This document shows positions 1 to 10,874 of a stretch of DNA of 64,000 bases, piece after piece. Made by a program: the position numbers and the translations under genes. The notes under the pieces are model-generated. The model was not told where the DNA came from. It was given only the letters and a program-made list of their open reading frames with translations, and ran no database searches. The stretch covers positions 18,313 through 82,312 of the forward strand of contig CACBAW010000001.1 of NCBI GenBank assembly GCA_902537275.1, written 5' to 3'. The DNA is from an uncultured Synechococcaceae cyanobacterium. Lineage in GTDB: Bacteria > Cyanobacteriota > Cyanobacteriia > PCC-6307 > Cyanobiaceae. How positions within the stretch are numbered: the first letter of the stretch is position 1; every line of letters starts with the position of its first letter.

Positions 1-7
1 CTAACTT

Positions 8-145
8 ATGAATATGGGTAGACCAAAAATTATTGCAATAGTAACAGGGTTTATATCTATAGCTATTTGTATTGCTTATTTACTCTTAATAACTATCTTT
101 GATTTCAGAACTTATCTAAATGATCAATTATCCAATTTTACATAG
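8..145 (+). CDS. small membrane protein, 45 aa (conserved cyanobacterial type)
   Basis: Hand-translated, below the ORF-track cutoff: MNMGRPKIIAIVTGFISIAICIAYLLLITIFDFRTYLNDQLSNFT; one TM helix; resembles recalled cyanobacterial small proteins ending LLDFR. Confidence 0.65.
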   Translation: MNMGRPKIIAIVTGFISIAICIAYLLLITIFDFRTYLNDQLSNFT

Positions 146-1637
146 TAAATGGAGGCAAACTTTTATCTGATTTAAAATACTTTTTCATTTCAATTTTTGA
201 AATAGCTTCTCTTACGAAGTTGTTTAAAATGTCCTCTCTCTTACTTATTCTATAGATCTTATCTACTACTTCTTGGATTCCTCCATCTCCCCAATCCTGC
301 CCATTTTTAAAATATTCAATCAAACTTAGTCCTACTATTCTTATTAACCAGCCTGCTGTAACTGATTGTATAGATTTAGATAATATAATTTTAGTCAAGC
401 TTGTAGCTAAAGCAGGAGAAAGAATGGCGAGACCTCCTTTTAGTATTCCTTGTTTAGCTAATGCGCTTAACAATGAAGTCGCTAAATCCTTTGCATCTTT
501 TTTTGTAAGCTTTACTTCATATATTTTTGATAACTCCATTATCATTTGAAGGTTTACGGAGGTAGTAGTAAGGAAATCAACAGCTGGTAATGGATTAACT
601 AGTATTACCCCTCCTGTTATCCACATATATTTATTAATCACTTTATTTGACATTAAATATCTTTGTTCTTCCACGAAATTTTTACTTTTAATACCTAACT
701 TATTTGAGCGAAAAAGAATATTATCCGCCAATAACTCTTCACCATTATTATCGAGCGTTTCAATTATCTCTCTAAATAAACTTCCTACCTCTGGAACTAA
801 ATTTATAGCATATGATTTTATATAGGGAGATTGTTGAGGTACAGCAATTGTTTGAACAACAGAAATTTTATTTTTTCTAGCGGAAGTTATAGAAATTATA
901 TTTTCTTTGATGAGGTTATTTTCATCTCTAGACCTCAAATCACATTTATTTAGAACTACTATTATTTTTTTTCTTAATTTTAATAATTCTTTAATTAAAT
1001 AGTTTTCGTATTTATTTATGTCCTGATCTAACACAAAGAGAACTAAGTCGGAATTTGAAGCTTGTGTAATTGTTGCTTTTTCTCTTTCTTCTCCTAATTT
1101 AGATGGTTCGAATAAACCAGGAGTATCAACTATATTAATATTTCTTTTTAAAATTGGGATGCGAATCTTATAGCTATTAATTTGCTTTGTTGTGCCTATT
1201 TTTGCGGATGTTTGTCCGACAATATTTTTTAATAAAGATCTTGCTATAGATGTTTTTCCTGAGGAACCTGCTCCAAAGAGAGTAACTTTATAATCTCCTG
1301 TTTTTAATTGGGACTCAAGTTTATTTTTTTGGTAATTTAAAAGTTCAACTTTTACTTTATCGTTAATTTTTTTATTAATTTTCTCGACCCCTTCTAAACT
1401 TATCTTGGCAGCACCATATGTATTTTTGAATGAAAGTTTATTTTTTTTATTTTTATATATAACTTTATGAACTATTTTTTTAAATAATTTTTTATTATTA
1501 TTATAAAAGATATAAAAAATTACTATAAAAAATATAAGAGTATAAATATTTACTATTCTAATAAATATCGAAAATAAAATATATAGAAATAATATTAATA
1601 AAATATATTTTATATACTTTAATTTCAAGTAATTCAT
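138..1637 (-). CDS. Era/YcjF-like GTP-binding protein with DUF697-type C-terminus and N-terminal TM segments
   Basis: G1 GAGSSGKTS, G3 DTPG, G4 NKCD; NPLPAVD motif; start moved to ATG 1637 to avoid overlap with lspA. Confidence 0.85.
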   Translation of the reverse strand: MNYLKLKYIKYILLILFLYILFSIFIRIVNIYTLIFFIVIFYIFYNNNKKLFKKIVHKVIYKNKKNKLSFKNTYGAAKISLEGVEKINKKINDKVKVELLNYQKNKLESQLKTGDYKVTLFGAGSSGKTSIARSLLKNIVGQTSAKIGTTKQINSYKIRIPILKRNINIVDTPGLFEPSKLGEEREKATITQASNSDLVLFVLDQDINKYENYLIKELLKLRKKIIVVLNKCDLRSRDENNLIKENIISITSARKNKISVVQTIAVPQQSPYIKSYAINLVPEVGSLFREIIETLDNNGEELLADNILFRSNKLGIKSKNFVEEQRYLMSNKVINKYMWITGGVILVNPLPAVDFLTTTSVNLQMIMELSKIYEVKLTKKDAKDLATSLLSALAKQGILKGGLAILSPALATSLTKIILSKSIQSVTAGWLIRIVGLSLIEYFKNGQDWGDGGIQEVVDKIYRISKREDILNNFVREAISKIEMKKYFKSDKSLPPFTM

Positions 1638-1638
1638 T

Positions 1639-2097
1639 TTATCGATTATTTTTAAAAATGTTAAAAAGTAAAAAAATGAACCCAATGTTAATAAATAAAT
1701 CAGCAATATTAAATACTGGAAAATTTATAATATTTAAATTTATAAAATCAACCACAAAACCTTTATATATCCTATCTATACCGTTACCAATAGTTCCCCC
1801 AAGTATAAAGCTGTAAGAATATAAATCGAATGAGCTTAAAGTATTTTTCCTAAATATTAAATATATAAGTAATATTGAAAACAAAATACTTATTAAAGAT
1901 AAAAATATTCTACTCCCACTAAATATATTAAATGCTGCCCCGTAGTTTTTTACAAAGTCTAATTTGAATAAAAGAAAGTCTTTATTAATAAATAACTTTT
2001 TATTATAAAATATTAAATATTTCGTAAATTGATCTATTAGAACAATAAAAATACTTAGAGATAAAAAATATATTTTTGTTTGTATTTTATTAATCAT
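1639..2097 (-). CDS. lspA: lipoprotein signal peptidase II
   Basis: DQFTK, NYGAAF, GNGIDR, VVDF, FPVFNIAD motifs. Confidence 0.95.
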   Translation of the reverse strand: MINKIQTKIYFLSLSIFIVLIDQFTKYLIFYNKKLFINKDFLLFKLDFVKNYGAAFNIFSGSRIFLSLISILFSILLIYLIFRKNTLSSFDLYSYSFILGGTIGNGIDRIYKGFVVDFINLNIINFPVFNIADLFINIGFIFLLFNIFKNNR

Positions 2098-2666
2098 TAT
2101 TTACTACGTTTTAAACGTTCTATAGGTTTAATAAGTAATAAAAGTGGTAAAAGCATTAAAAAATGATATCCAATCTTACCTAATGAGTATTTACCTAAAT
2201 TATATAAAAATAAATTAAATTGACTGTAGAATATGATTTGTATGAAGTTGTAAAATATTCCAGTTAAATGCATAGAACCTATTGCCAAAAGTCCATTTTT
2301 TAAAAAGCTTCGAATGTTTATTTTATTTTTATTATTTGTATTATCAATTATATTTATTAATGGATATAAACCTAATAAATAACCAAAATTTGGAGTAAGC
2401 AAATAACCTATTGAACCTCCTTGATGAAAGACAGGAAATATAAATAACCCCAAAATTATATATATAGAAAATGCTCTGAAAACAACTTTTTTATTAAATA
2501 TAAGTGTTAATAAAATTATGGTCGGAATTTGCCATGTGATAGGTAACTCAAAGTTATTACTAGATTTATATATAAAAGGTAGTGGGATATAAACAGGTAA
2601 CATTGACGTTATTACGAGTGATTGAAGACTCACCAGTATCTCAATTAATTTATAAAAATTGAGCAT
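2097..2666 (-). CDS. bioY: biotin transporter BioY
   Basis: Hydrophobic; PITWQ...YIILGL..PVF..GG..YLLTPNFGYLLG signature. Confidence 0.85.
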   Translation of the reverse strand: MLNFYKLIEILVSLQSLVITSMLPVYIPLPFIYKSSNNFELPITWQIPTIILLTLIFNKKVVFRAFSIYIILGLFIFPVFHQGGSIGYLLTPNFGYLLGLYPLINIIDNTNNKNKINIRSFLKNGLLAIGSMHLTGIFYNFIQIIFYSQFNLFLYNLGKYSLGKIGYHFLMLLPLLLLIKPIERLKRSK

Positions 2667-2681
2667 TATAATAAATTTAAT

Positions 2682-3914
2682 TTATAAACTTCTCAATGCA
2701 ACAATTGGATCTAACTTAGATGCTCTTTTTGCAGGTAAAACACCAAAGATTAAACCTATAGATCCTGAAATGATCATGGTGGAAAAAGTAGTTGTAATTC
2801 CTACTGATGCAGGAAGAGGTGTTATGAGAGATAAAAGAAAAACACCTGATAATCCAGTCGTCGTTCCAATTAATCCTCCAATTGTAGATAAAATCAATGC
2901 CTCAATTAAAAATTGAACTAATATATCTGACTGTTTGGCTCCTATTGCTTTTCTCAGTCCAATCTCTTCAGTCCTTTCGCTTACAGAAACGAGCATTATA
3001 TTCATGATTCCTATGCCTCCAACTACTAAAGATACTGCCCCAATTCCAGCCAATAAAAACGTTAGTCCACTTGTTATGTTTGTTACTATATTCAATGCAT
3101 CTTCTTGTGATCTAACTGCAAAGTCATCATCTCTGATTATTTTATGTCTTTGCCTTAATAAATTAGTAATCTGAAATTTAGCGGCACTAGTTGCATTTTT
3201 ATTTATCGCTTCAACACTAATGAAGCTTAAACTTACTCCATAAGTAGGGTCCTTCCCTGTAATCCTATTGACCATAGTGGTTAATGGAATATATGCATTT
3301 TTGTCTTGATTACTTCCAAATACAGCACCTTTTGGTTTTAATATTCCGATAATTTCATAAGTGTGGTCTTTAATTCTGATTTTTTCTCCAAGAGATGAAG
3401 ATTTATCATTGAAAAATTCATCTTTAAGATCAGGACCTATTACAACATAACTTCTTGCACTATTAACATCACTTTTTGATAAAAATCTACCCTTATCTAC
3501 TTCAAAGCTTCTTACTTCAAGAAATTCAGGAGTAACTCCAGCAATTGATATATTTAAACTTTTAGAATTCGATTGCACTATTTCGTTAGCAGAAATTTGA
3601 GGAGCTACTTTTTTAACTGTAGGTACTTGATTGCTTATTGCTATTGCATCTTCTAAAACTAGGTTTTTTGGAAATGAAATACCTCTTCTTCTTGTGTCAT
3701 TATTTCCGGGAACAATGAATAAAACATTGGCACCTAAATTACTTAATTGGTTTTTTGCTAATGTTTGAGCACCTCTACCAAGTCCAACAAGTGTAATAAC
3801 TGAAGCATTTCCGATAATTATTCCCAGCATTGTTAACGAACTTCTCAATTTGTTCGAAACTAAAGTTTTTGTGGCCATGCCTAAGGCTTCTTTTAATGAG
3901 ATATTCCTAGACAT
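2682..3914 (-). CDS. MacB/FtsX-family ABC transporter permease
   Basis: NKLRSSLTMLGIIIG start; VGGIGIMNIMLVSVSERTEEIGLRKAIGA; PAKRASKLDPIVALR. Confidence 0.92.
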   Translation of the reverse strand: MSRNISLKEALGMATKTLVSNKLRSSLTMLGIIIGNASVITLVGLGRGAQTLAKNQLSNLGANVLFIVPGNNDTRRRGISFPKNLVLEDAIAISNQVPTVKKVAPQISANEIVQSNSKSLNISIAGVTPEFLEVRSFEVDKGRFLSKSDVNSARSYVVIGPDLKDEFFNDKSSSLGEKIRIKDHTYEIIGILKPKGAVFGSNQDKNAYIPLTTMVNRITGKDPTYGVSLSFISVEAINKNATSAAKFQITNLLRQRHKIIRDDDFAVRSQEDALNIVTNITSGLTFLLAGIGAVSLVVGGIGIMNIMLVSVSERTEEIGLRKAIGAKQSDILVQFLIEALILSTIGGLIGTTTGLSGVFLLSLITPLPASVGITTTFSTMIISGSIGLIFGVLPAKRASKLDPIVALRSL

Positions 3915-5697
3915 ATTTATATTTATCTATTGAATCATCATCTTCAATTTGTCCCATGTATATAACACCTTCATTAAGTTGGAGTGTAATAAGGTCACCA
4001 TTACTGATTTTATGATTATTGATATTATCTAAATTACAAATTGTAGAAATCTTTTTATTATTTTTGTTGAACAAAGCATAAACATCATTTACATTTTGGT
4101 TAGTAACAATGCCGGCAATATTTTTACTCAGTGGAATATTTTGCATTAATTCCCTCGGAACAAATAATATTTCTCCTGGGCAAATTAAGGACATATCAAG
4201 ATTATTTTTAATTATTCTGGCTTTACCTGTAACACCGACTTCCCCTATTGAAATTCCTCTTGAAACAATCTTTCTTACTAAACCGACTTTTATTAAATCT
4301 GTAGAGCCACTGATTCCAGTTAATGTACCTGCGGTTTGGACTACTAAATCTCCTTGATTTAGGATCCCCATCTCCTGAGCAATTTGCATAGCTAAACTAA
4401 AAGTTTTTGCTGTTCTTTGATCATTTTTAACTACTATTGGAGTAACTCCCCAAACAAGTTGCAATCTTCTCGCTACACTTCTCTCCGTAGTAGTTGCCAA
4501 GATAGGTGTTGGTGGTCTGAACTTACTTACATTTCGAGCGGTAGAACCTGATTTAGTTAAAGGAATTATAGCTCCTGCATCAAGTTGTCTAGCTATATTA
4601 CTTACTGCTGCACTAATAGCATTTGGGATCGTACTGGGTAAGTGGCTTTCAATAGCCTTAAGTGGATAATCTCTTTCAATTCTTCTTGCTATGGTTGCCA
4701 TCGTTTCAACTGCCTCTACAGGATAATCACCAACTGCAGTTTCGTTTGAAAGCATTACAGCATCTGTTCCATCCAGAATTGCATTTGCAACATCACTAAC
4801 TTCTGCCCTGGTTGGTCTTGGGTTAGAAGCCATAGAATCAAGCATTTGAGTCGCTGTAATTATTGGGATACCTAATGTATTAGCTTTTCTTATTAATTCC
4901 TTTTGCAAAAGAGGAACTTCTTCAGCAGGCATTTCTACTCCCAAATCACCTCTTGCAACCATAACCCCATCACATAGGGGTAATACTGAATCGATCTGAT
5001 CAATTGCTTCAAATTTTTCTATTTTTGCGACAACAGGAGTTGAATGCCCATTTTTGTTTATTAAATCTTTTATCTCATTTATATCTGATGGATTTCTTAC
5101 GAAACTTAGTGCTATCCAATCAACTCCTTCAGATAAACCGAATTTTAAATCCTCTTTATCTTTTTCTGTTAATGCTTTTACTGATAATTGAACATCTGGA
5201 AAATTAACACCTTTATTGTTTGAAAGAACCCCTCCTACAGTTACAATGCACTCCAACTTATTAGTTTTTTTGTCAACTTTTTCTACAATCATTTCTATTT
5301 TTCCATCATCTAAAAGTATTCTTTTCCCTTCGCTAACTTCTTGAGAAAGTTTGTCGTAGGTCACATTTGCAATAGTATTTGTACATTCGACTTCATTTGA
5401 TGTCAATATGAATTTTTCGCCTTTTTTAACTTTTACTGGACCATCTTTAAAACGCCCTAATCGTATTTTTGGTCCTTGAAGATCTTGCAATATTCCAATA
5501 TCTATTTCTAACTTTTTTGATACTTCCCTTATGGTTTTTATTCTCTCAGCATGATCTTTATGATCTCCATGTGAGAAATTTAATCTGAATGTTGAAACTC
5601 CAGCTTTAATTAAATTTGTAATTATCTCTTCAGATTGAGTTGCAGGGCCAATAGTTGCTACTATTTTTGTTCTTCTTTTTAAATCAATATTCGACAT
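3907..5697 (-). CDS. pyk: pyruvate kinase with C-terminal PEP-utiliser-like domain
   Basis: RRTKIVATIGPA, RLNFSHG, VMVARGDLGVE, TATQMLDSM. Confidence 0.97.
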   Translation of the reverse strand: MSNIDLKRRTKIVATIGPATQSEEIITNLIKAGVSTFRLNFSHGDHKDHAERIKTIREVSKKLEIDIGILQDLQGPKIRLGRFKDGPVKVKKGEKFILTSNEVECTNTIANVTYDKLSQEVSEGKRILLDDGKIEMIVEKVDKKTNKLECIVTVGGVLSNNKGVNFPDVQLSVKALTEKDKEDLKFGLSEGVDWIALSFVRNPSDINEIKDLINKNGHSTPVVAKIEKFEAIDQIDSVLPLCDGVMVARGDLGVEMPAEEVPLLQKELIRKANTLGIPIITATQMLDSMASNPRPTRAEVSDVANAILDGTDAVMLSNETAVGDYPVEAVETMATIARRIERDYPLKAIESHLPSTIPNAISAAVSNIARQLDAGAIIPLTKSGSTARNVSKFRPPTPILATTTERSVARRLQLVWGVTPIVVKNDQRTAKTFSLAMQIAQEMGILNQGDLVVQTAGTLTGISGSTDLIKVGLVRKIVSRGISIGEVGVTGKARIIKNNLDMSLICPGEILFVPRELMQNIPLSKNIAGIVTNQNVNDVYALFNKNNKKISTICNLDNINNHKISNGDLITLQLNEGVIYMGQIEDDDSIDKYKYV

Positions 5698-5758
5698 ATA
5701 TAGATAATATTGCTAGATATAAATAAATTTAACATACCCAAAGTTAGTTATTTAAGTC

Positions 5759-6088
5759 ATGGATTTTAAAACTTATCAGAAAAAAGCTAGAGAAACTGCA
5801 CAATATCCAGATTTAGGCTCAAATAATATTTATCCAACTCTTGGTTTAGTTGGAGAGGCTGGTGAGGTGGCAGAAAAAGTGAAAAAGGTTATAAGGGATA
5901 AAAATGGAATATTTGATAACGAATCAAAATTAGGTATTAAAAAAGAGTTAGGAGATGTTTTGTGGTACATATCAAATCTTTGTACAGAATTAAATTTCAA
6001 TTTAGAAGATGTTGCATTACAAAACCTTGAAAAATTAAAATTAAGAGCTGCTAAAGGAAAGATAAGAGGTTCTGGAGATGATAGATAA
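5759..6088 (+). CDS. MazG-like nucleoside triphosphate pyrophosphohydrolase
   Basis: LGLVGEAGEVAEKVKK...ELGDVLWY; C-terminal GSGDDR. Confidence 0.9.
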   Translation: MDFKTYQKKARETAQYPDLGSNNIYPTLGLVGEAGEVAEKVKKVIRDKNGIFDNESKLGIKKELGDVLWYISNLCTELNFNLEDVALQNLEKLKLRAAKGKIRGSGDDR

Positions 6089-6090
6089 GT

Positions 6091-6369
6091 TCAGCTATAA
6101 CCTAGGCTTGCGTACTGTAGATTTGTAATTAAATTTTGTATAACATTTAAAAGTAAAAATGCTAATAAAGATGAAATATCAAATCCACCTATTGGAGGGA
6201 TAATACCTCTAAAAATGTTTAAATAAGGATCTGTGATAGAAGTTAATGCAGATAAAACACCGTTACTCCAATCAATACCTGGAAACCATGTAAGTAAAAT
6301 TCTTATTATCAATATGAAAGAATAAATTGATAAAGTTTGGCCCAGAACTGCAAAAATCTCAGATAACAT
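6091..6369 (-). CDS. YggT/Ycf19 (YlmG) family membrane protein
   Basis: IRILLTWFP...TDPYLNIFRGIIPPIGGFDIS. Confidence 0.92.
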   Translation of the reverse strand: MLSEIFAVLGQTLSIYSFILIIRILLTWFPGIDWSNGVLSALTSITDPYLNIFRGIIPPIGGFDISSLLAFLLLNVIQNLITNLQYASLGYS

Positions 6370-6407
6370 TATCTTGACGTAATTTAATATATCCTAGCAT
6401 TTAGATA

Positions 6408-6953
6408 TTATTGCTGCTTATTATTACTTTTTCCTATATTTGAGAGATATTCATTACTTACAGCAAAAGTTTGAAAAAACTTTTCTGATAATGATAACCA
6501 ATATGATCTACCATCTTTTTGCTTTCGTTTGACGATAAATTTCTTTTCTAATAATTCTTTAATATGGTCATAAGCACCTGAACCTCTAAGAAGTATAAGA
6601 TCCGATTGTAGGATCTTTTTTTTGATCGCAATAGTAGCCAATGTCCTTAATTCGGATGTTTTCAAATCAGAAGGAAGTAAATCATCGACGAATTCATTAA
6701 GACTAGATTTTAATTCGAGAGAAAAACTGTTATTAACTGCATTTAATTCAATAGCTGAGTTGGAATTAGAGTATTTATTTTTTAGATCTTTAATTGCATC
6801 ATTTATTGAGTTTATATCAGAATTAGTAATTTCTGAAAGATCCTTTTTTGTTATTGGTCTGCCTTTCAAATATAGAACAGCTTCAACTTTAGTAACTAGA
6901 TCTATATCAGATATTGGCGTGGTATTTAGATCAGATTGATTGATTTTAATTAC
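6408..6953 (-). CDS. scpB: SMC-Scp complex subunit ScpB (start uncertain)
   Basis: ELRTLATIA...QSDLILLRG, LSEKFFQTF; conserved KVEAVLY helix lies upstream of the TTG at 6869 in the same open frame. Confidence 0.88.
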   Translation of the reverse strand, partial: VIKINQSDLNTTPISDIDLVTKVEAVLYLKGRPITKKDLSEITNSDINSINDAIKDLKNKYSNSNSAIELNAVNNSFSLELKSSLNEFVDDLLPSDLKTSELRTLATIAIKKKILQSDLILLRGSGAYDHIKELLEKKFIVKRKQKDGRSYWLSLSEKFFQTFAVSNEYLSNIGKSNNKQQ

Positions 6954-6980
6954 CGAAATCTTTCCTAATTTACCTTAAAT

Positions 6981-8522
6981 TTAATCTGATGCACCCAGGA
7001 ATAATCTATATGTATCGTTTTGAGTTTCATCCCAAAATTTATAGCCTAGTATTTTAACAAATTCATTCCATTCTATAATCTCATTTTTATTGATTAAAAC
7101 TCCAATTACAATTTTCCCAACATCAGCTCCATAATTCCTATAGTGAAATACGCTTATAGACCAATTAGATTTCATATTATTTAAGAAGTTTATTAATGCG
7201 CCAGGCCTTTCAGGAAACTCAAACCTGTATAAAAGCTCTACAAAGTTTGTATAATCCATTTCTTTAAAATTCTTTGGTAATCTTCCACCCACCATATGTC
7301 TTAGATGATTTTTAGATAATTCATCATCACTTATGTCAATAAATGAGTACTCCGAATTTCTAAATACATTTAAAAGATTTTTTTTATCATTTAATCCATA
7401 GACTTGAACTCCTACAAAGATCTGGGCTTTCTTAGAATTCGACATCCTGTAGCTAAATTCAGTTAAATTTCTATTATCAAGTAACTTACAAAAATCAATT
7501 AAACTCCCAGCACGTTCAGGAATTTCAACAGCCATCATTACTTCTTTACACTCACCAAGTTCTGCTCTTTCTGCGACAAATCTAAGCCGCTCAAAATTCA
7601 TATTTGCACCACATGCAATAGCAACCATTTTTCTATTTGAATGATTAGAATTTAAAATATCTTTTTTCATCCCTGCAATTGATAATGCTCCAGCGGGCTC
7701 TAGTATTGATCTAGTATCTTCAAAAACATCTTTTATAGCTGCACATATTTCATCAGTATTAACGGTAATCATCTTATCTATATATTTTCTGCCAATATCA
7801 AAAGTATTTTTACCAATTTTTTTAACCGCTACTCCATCTGCAAATTGACCAACTGAAGATAATTCCACAATTTTTGATTCTTCCAAAGATTTTGTCATAG
7901 CGTCTGCATCTTCAGGCTCTACACCAATTATTTTTACTTCAGGCCATATTTTTTTAATATATAAGGATATTCCTGATATCAATCCTCCACCACCAACTGC
8001 AATATAAATTGCATAGGGTTTTTCCTTTAGTTGCTGTTCAAGTTCAATAGCTATAGTTCCTTGTCCTGCTATTACATCTGGATCATCAAAAGGATGAATA
8101 AAACATAAATTTCTTTCTTTACTAATCCTTATTGCTTCTTTATAAGTTTCATCATAATTATCACCAAATAATATAACTTGCGCTTTTAACTTTTTCACAG
8201 CATTAACTTTTACAAGAGGTGTTGTAATGGGCATTAATATTGTCGCTTGGCAATTAAGTTTAAGAGCACTAAGAGCAACACCTTGAGCATGATTACCAGC
8301 ACTTGAAGTAATTACTCCCTGAGAAAGCTGAGAATTGGTGAGCTTACTCATTTTGTTATATGCACCTCTTACTTTGAATGAAAATACATCTTGTAAATCT
8401 TCTCTTTTTAGAAAAACTTCATTATTAAGTGTATTACTTAAATTATGAGCTTTTTCTAGTGGCGTTTTTTTTGCTACTTCATAGACTTTAGCTTGAAGTA
8501 TTTTTTCAAAATAATCTTTCAT
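6981..8522 (-). CDS. ilvA: threonine ammonia-lyase, biosynthetic
   Basis: LKREDLQDVFSFKVRGA, SAGNHAQG, two ACT-like repeats (IPERAGS, FPERPGAL). Confidence 0.97.
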   Translation of the reverse strand: MKDYFEKILQAKVYEVAKKTPLEKAHNLSNTLNNEVFLKREDLQDVFSFKVRGAYNKMSKLTNSQLSQGVITSSAGNHAQGVALSALKLNCQATILMPITTPLVKVNAVKKLKAQVILFGDNYDETYKEAIRISKERNLCFIHPFDDPDVIAGQGTIAIELEQQLKEKPYAIYIAVGGGGLISGISLYIKKIWPEVKIIGVEPEDADAMTKSLEESKIVELSSVGQFADGVAVKKIGKNTFDIGRKYIDKMITVNTDEICAAIKDVFEDTRSILEPAGALSIAGMKKDILNSNHSNRKMVAIACGANMNFERLRFVAERAELGECKEVMMAVEIPERAGSLIDFCKLLDNRNLTEFSYRMSNSKKAQIFVGVQVYGLNDKKNLLNVFRNSEYSFIDISDDELSKNHLRHMVGGRLPKNFKEMDYTNFVELLYRFEFPERPGALINFLNNMKSNWSISVFHYRNYGADVGKIVIGVLINKNEIIEWNEFVKILGYKFWDETQNDTYRLFLGASD

Positions 8523-8638
8523 ATATATATTTTTAGCATTAATTATTAATCTAATAAAACATTACATGATCTATTTCCCAAAAAATACTCATTTTGCACC
8601 TCGACGTTTTAGATTAGACAGATACCTAATTTTGTTAA

Positions 8639-10528
8639 ATGCTTTTAAGTGAGTTAAGTCATCCAAATCAACTTCATGGCTTAACAGTTTCACAATTAGA
8701 GGAAATTGCTTGTCAAATTAGAGAAAGACACCTTCAAGTTGTATCTACTAGCGGTGGACATCTTGGCCCTGGTTTAGGTGTAGTTGAGCTTACATTGGCT
8801 TTATATCAAACTCTTGATCTAGATTTCGACAGAGTTGTTTGGGATGTAGGACATCAAGGTTATCCTCATAAATTAATAACAGGACGTTTCAGTCAATTTG
8901 ATTCCCTTAGACAACAAAATGGAATAGCTGGATATCTAAAAAGAAGTGAAAGTAAATTTGATCATTTTGGCGCTGGACATGCAAGCACTTCTATTTCTGC
9001 TGCTTTAGGAATGGCAATAGCAAGAGACAGAAAAGGTGAGAATTATAAATGTGTTGCTGTTATTGGAGATGGAGCATTAACGGGAGGGATGGCACTAGAA
9101 GCTATAAATCATGCAGGACACTTACCAAATACTCCTTTAGTTGTTGTATTAAACGATAATGATATGTCTATTTCACCTCCAGTTGGAGCCCTTTCATCTT
9201 ACTTAAATAAGGTGAGAGTTAGTCCCCCATTGCAATTTTTATCCGATAGTGTTCAAGAAAGTGTAAAAAATATTCCCTTAATTGGTAAGGATATACCAGA
9301 AGAATTGAAAAATATTAAAGGCAGCGTTAGACGATTGGCTGTGCCGAAGGTTGGTGCTGTTTTTGAAGAACTTGGATTTACATATATGGGTCCAATTGAC
9401 GGTCATGATATTGGAAATTTAGTCAATACTTTTAACGCTGCTCATAAACTTAAAAAACCTGTACTTGTTCATGTTGTCACAACAAAAGGGAAGGGTTATC
9501 CTTATGCAGAAGCTGACCAGGTAGGATATCATGCACAGTCTGCATTTGATCTGACTACTGGGAAATCTATTCCATCGAAGAAACCTAAGCCTGTTAGTTA
9601 TAGTAAAATATTTGGTCAAACCTTATTGAAAATATGTGAACAAGATAGCAAAGTCGTTGGCATTACAGCTGCAATGGCTACAGGTACTGGTTTAGATATA
9701 TTGCAAAGAAATATTCCAGACCAATATATCGATGTAGGAATAGCAGAACAACATGCAGTTACTCTTGCGGCAGGAATGTCGTGCGATGGTCTTAAACCTG
9801 TTGTAGCTATTTATAGTACTTTTCTTCAACGTGCTTTCGATCAATTAATTCATGATGTAGGGATACAAAATTTACCTGTATCATTCGTACTTGATAGAGC
9901 TGGGATAGTTGGAGCTGACGGTCCTACTCACCAAGGTCAGTACGATATCAGTTATATGAGATCTATACCTAATTTTGTCTTGATGGCCCCAAAAGATGAG
10001 TCTGAATTACAAAGAATGTTAATTACTTCAATAAACCATAACGGTCCTACAGCACTAAGAATACCCAGAGGCTCTGGGTTAGGAGTGGCTGTAATGGATG
10101 AGGGTTGGGAGCCTTTAAATATAGGCGAAGCTGAAATTCTTGAAGAAGGAGAGGACATTTTAATTATTGCTTATGGTTCAATGGTTGCATCAGCTACCGA
10201 AACAGCAAAGATACTAAAAAATATGAACATTAATGCATGTCTTGTTAATGCAAGATTTGTGAAACCTCTCGATAAAAATCTTATTATGTCTTTAGCAAGT
10301 AGGATTCAAAAAGTTGTAACTATGGAAGAGGGAACCCTGATAGGTGGATTTGGTTCCGCAATAGTAGAATTATTAAACGATAATGAAATAAATATTCCTG
10401 TATACAGAATAGGTATACCTGATGTTTTAGTTGATCATGCTTCACCTGATCAGAGTAAAGAAAAATTAGGACTTATGCCTGATCAGATGGCAGATAAAAT
10501 TGTTAAAAAATTTAAATTAGATAATTAA
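8639..10528 (+). CDS. dxs: 1-deoxy-D-xylulose-5-phosphate synthase
   Basis: [38 protein letters not shown]. Confidence 0.98.
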   Translation: MLLSELSHPNQLHGLTVSQLEEIACQIRERHLQVVSTSGGHLGPGLGVVELTLALYQTLDLDFDRVVWDVGHQGYPHKLITGRFSQFDSLRQQNGIAGYLKRSESKFDHFGAGHASTSISAALGMAIARDRKGENYKCVAVIGDGALTGGMALEAINHAGHLPNTPLVVVLNDNDMSISPPVGALSSYLNKVRVSPPLQFLSDSVQESVKNIPLIGKDIPEELKNIKGSVRRLAVPKVGAVFEELGFTYMGPIDGHDIGNLVNTFNAAHKLKKPVLVHVVTTKGKGYPYAEADQVGYHAQSAFDLTTGKSIPSKKPKPVSYSKIFGQTLLKICEQDSKVVGITAAMATGTGLDILQRNIPDQYIDVGIAEQHAVTLAAGMSCDGLKPVVAIYSTFLQRAFDQLIHDVGIQNLPVSFVLDRAGIVGADGPTHQGQYDISYMRSIPNFVLMAPKDESELQRMLITSINHNGPTALRIPRGSGLGVAVMDEGWEPLNIGEAEILEEGEDILIIAYGSMVASATETAKILKNMNINACLVNARFVKPLDKNLIMSLASRIQKVVTMEEGTLIGGFGSAIVELLNDNEINIPVYRIGIPDVLVDHASPDQSKEKLGLMPDQMADKIVKKFKLDN

Positions 10529-10547
10529 AAATACAATAAATAAATTT

Positions 10548-10808
10548 TTATAAAACACCACGTGAGGCTAATCCTAAGATCGCTCCAATTCCGAATATAT
10601 GACCTAGGCAATTAGCACCTACAACTGATGCGTGACTTAAACCACCAAAGAATTTTGAATTAGGAATTTCAAAACCTTCATTAGGTTTTCTAATTGTTGC
10701 TTTAGCGATTGCATAAGCAAAAACATTACATGCAATCATTACGACGGCACACTTTGGTGACCAAGAAAAAGTTGCGGGATCTGCAGCTGCAAATAATGTA
10801 GTAAACAT
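10548..10808 (-). CDS. psaK: photosystem I subunit PsaK
   Basis: WSPKCAVVMIACN...GHIFGIGAILGL. Confidence 0.93.
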   Translation of the reverse strand: MFTTLFAAADPATFSWSPKCAVVMIACNVFAYAIAKATIRKPNEGFEIPNSKFFGGLSHASVVGANCLGHIFGIGAILGLASRGVL

Positions 10809-10874
10809 AAAAAATCGTTATTTTCATATATTCTCTAATACTTTTACCTAAAAAACACAAAATTGTAAAAGGTC

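Noticed and set aside
2659-5207. + strand ORFs 2659-2916, 2935-3174, 4109-4357, 5004-5207
   Set aside because: Antisense shadows of the ABC permease and pyk; no recognisable motifs
5759-6088. MazG-like gene as a phage-derived or defence gene
   Set aside because: It sits alone between core genes with no mobile context; a small MazG is an ordinary host gene in this lineage
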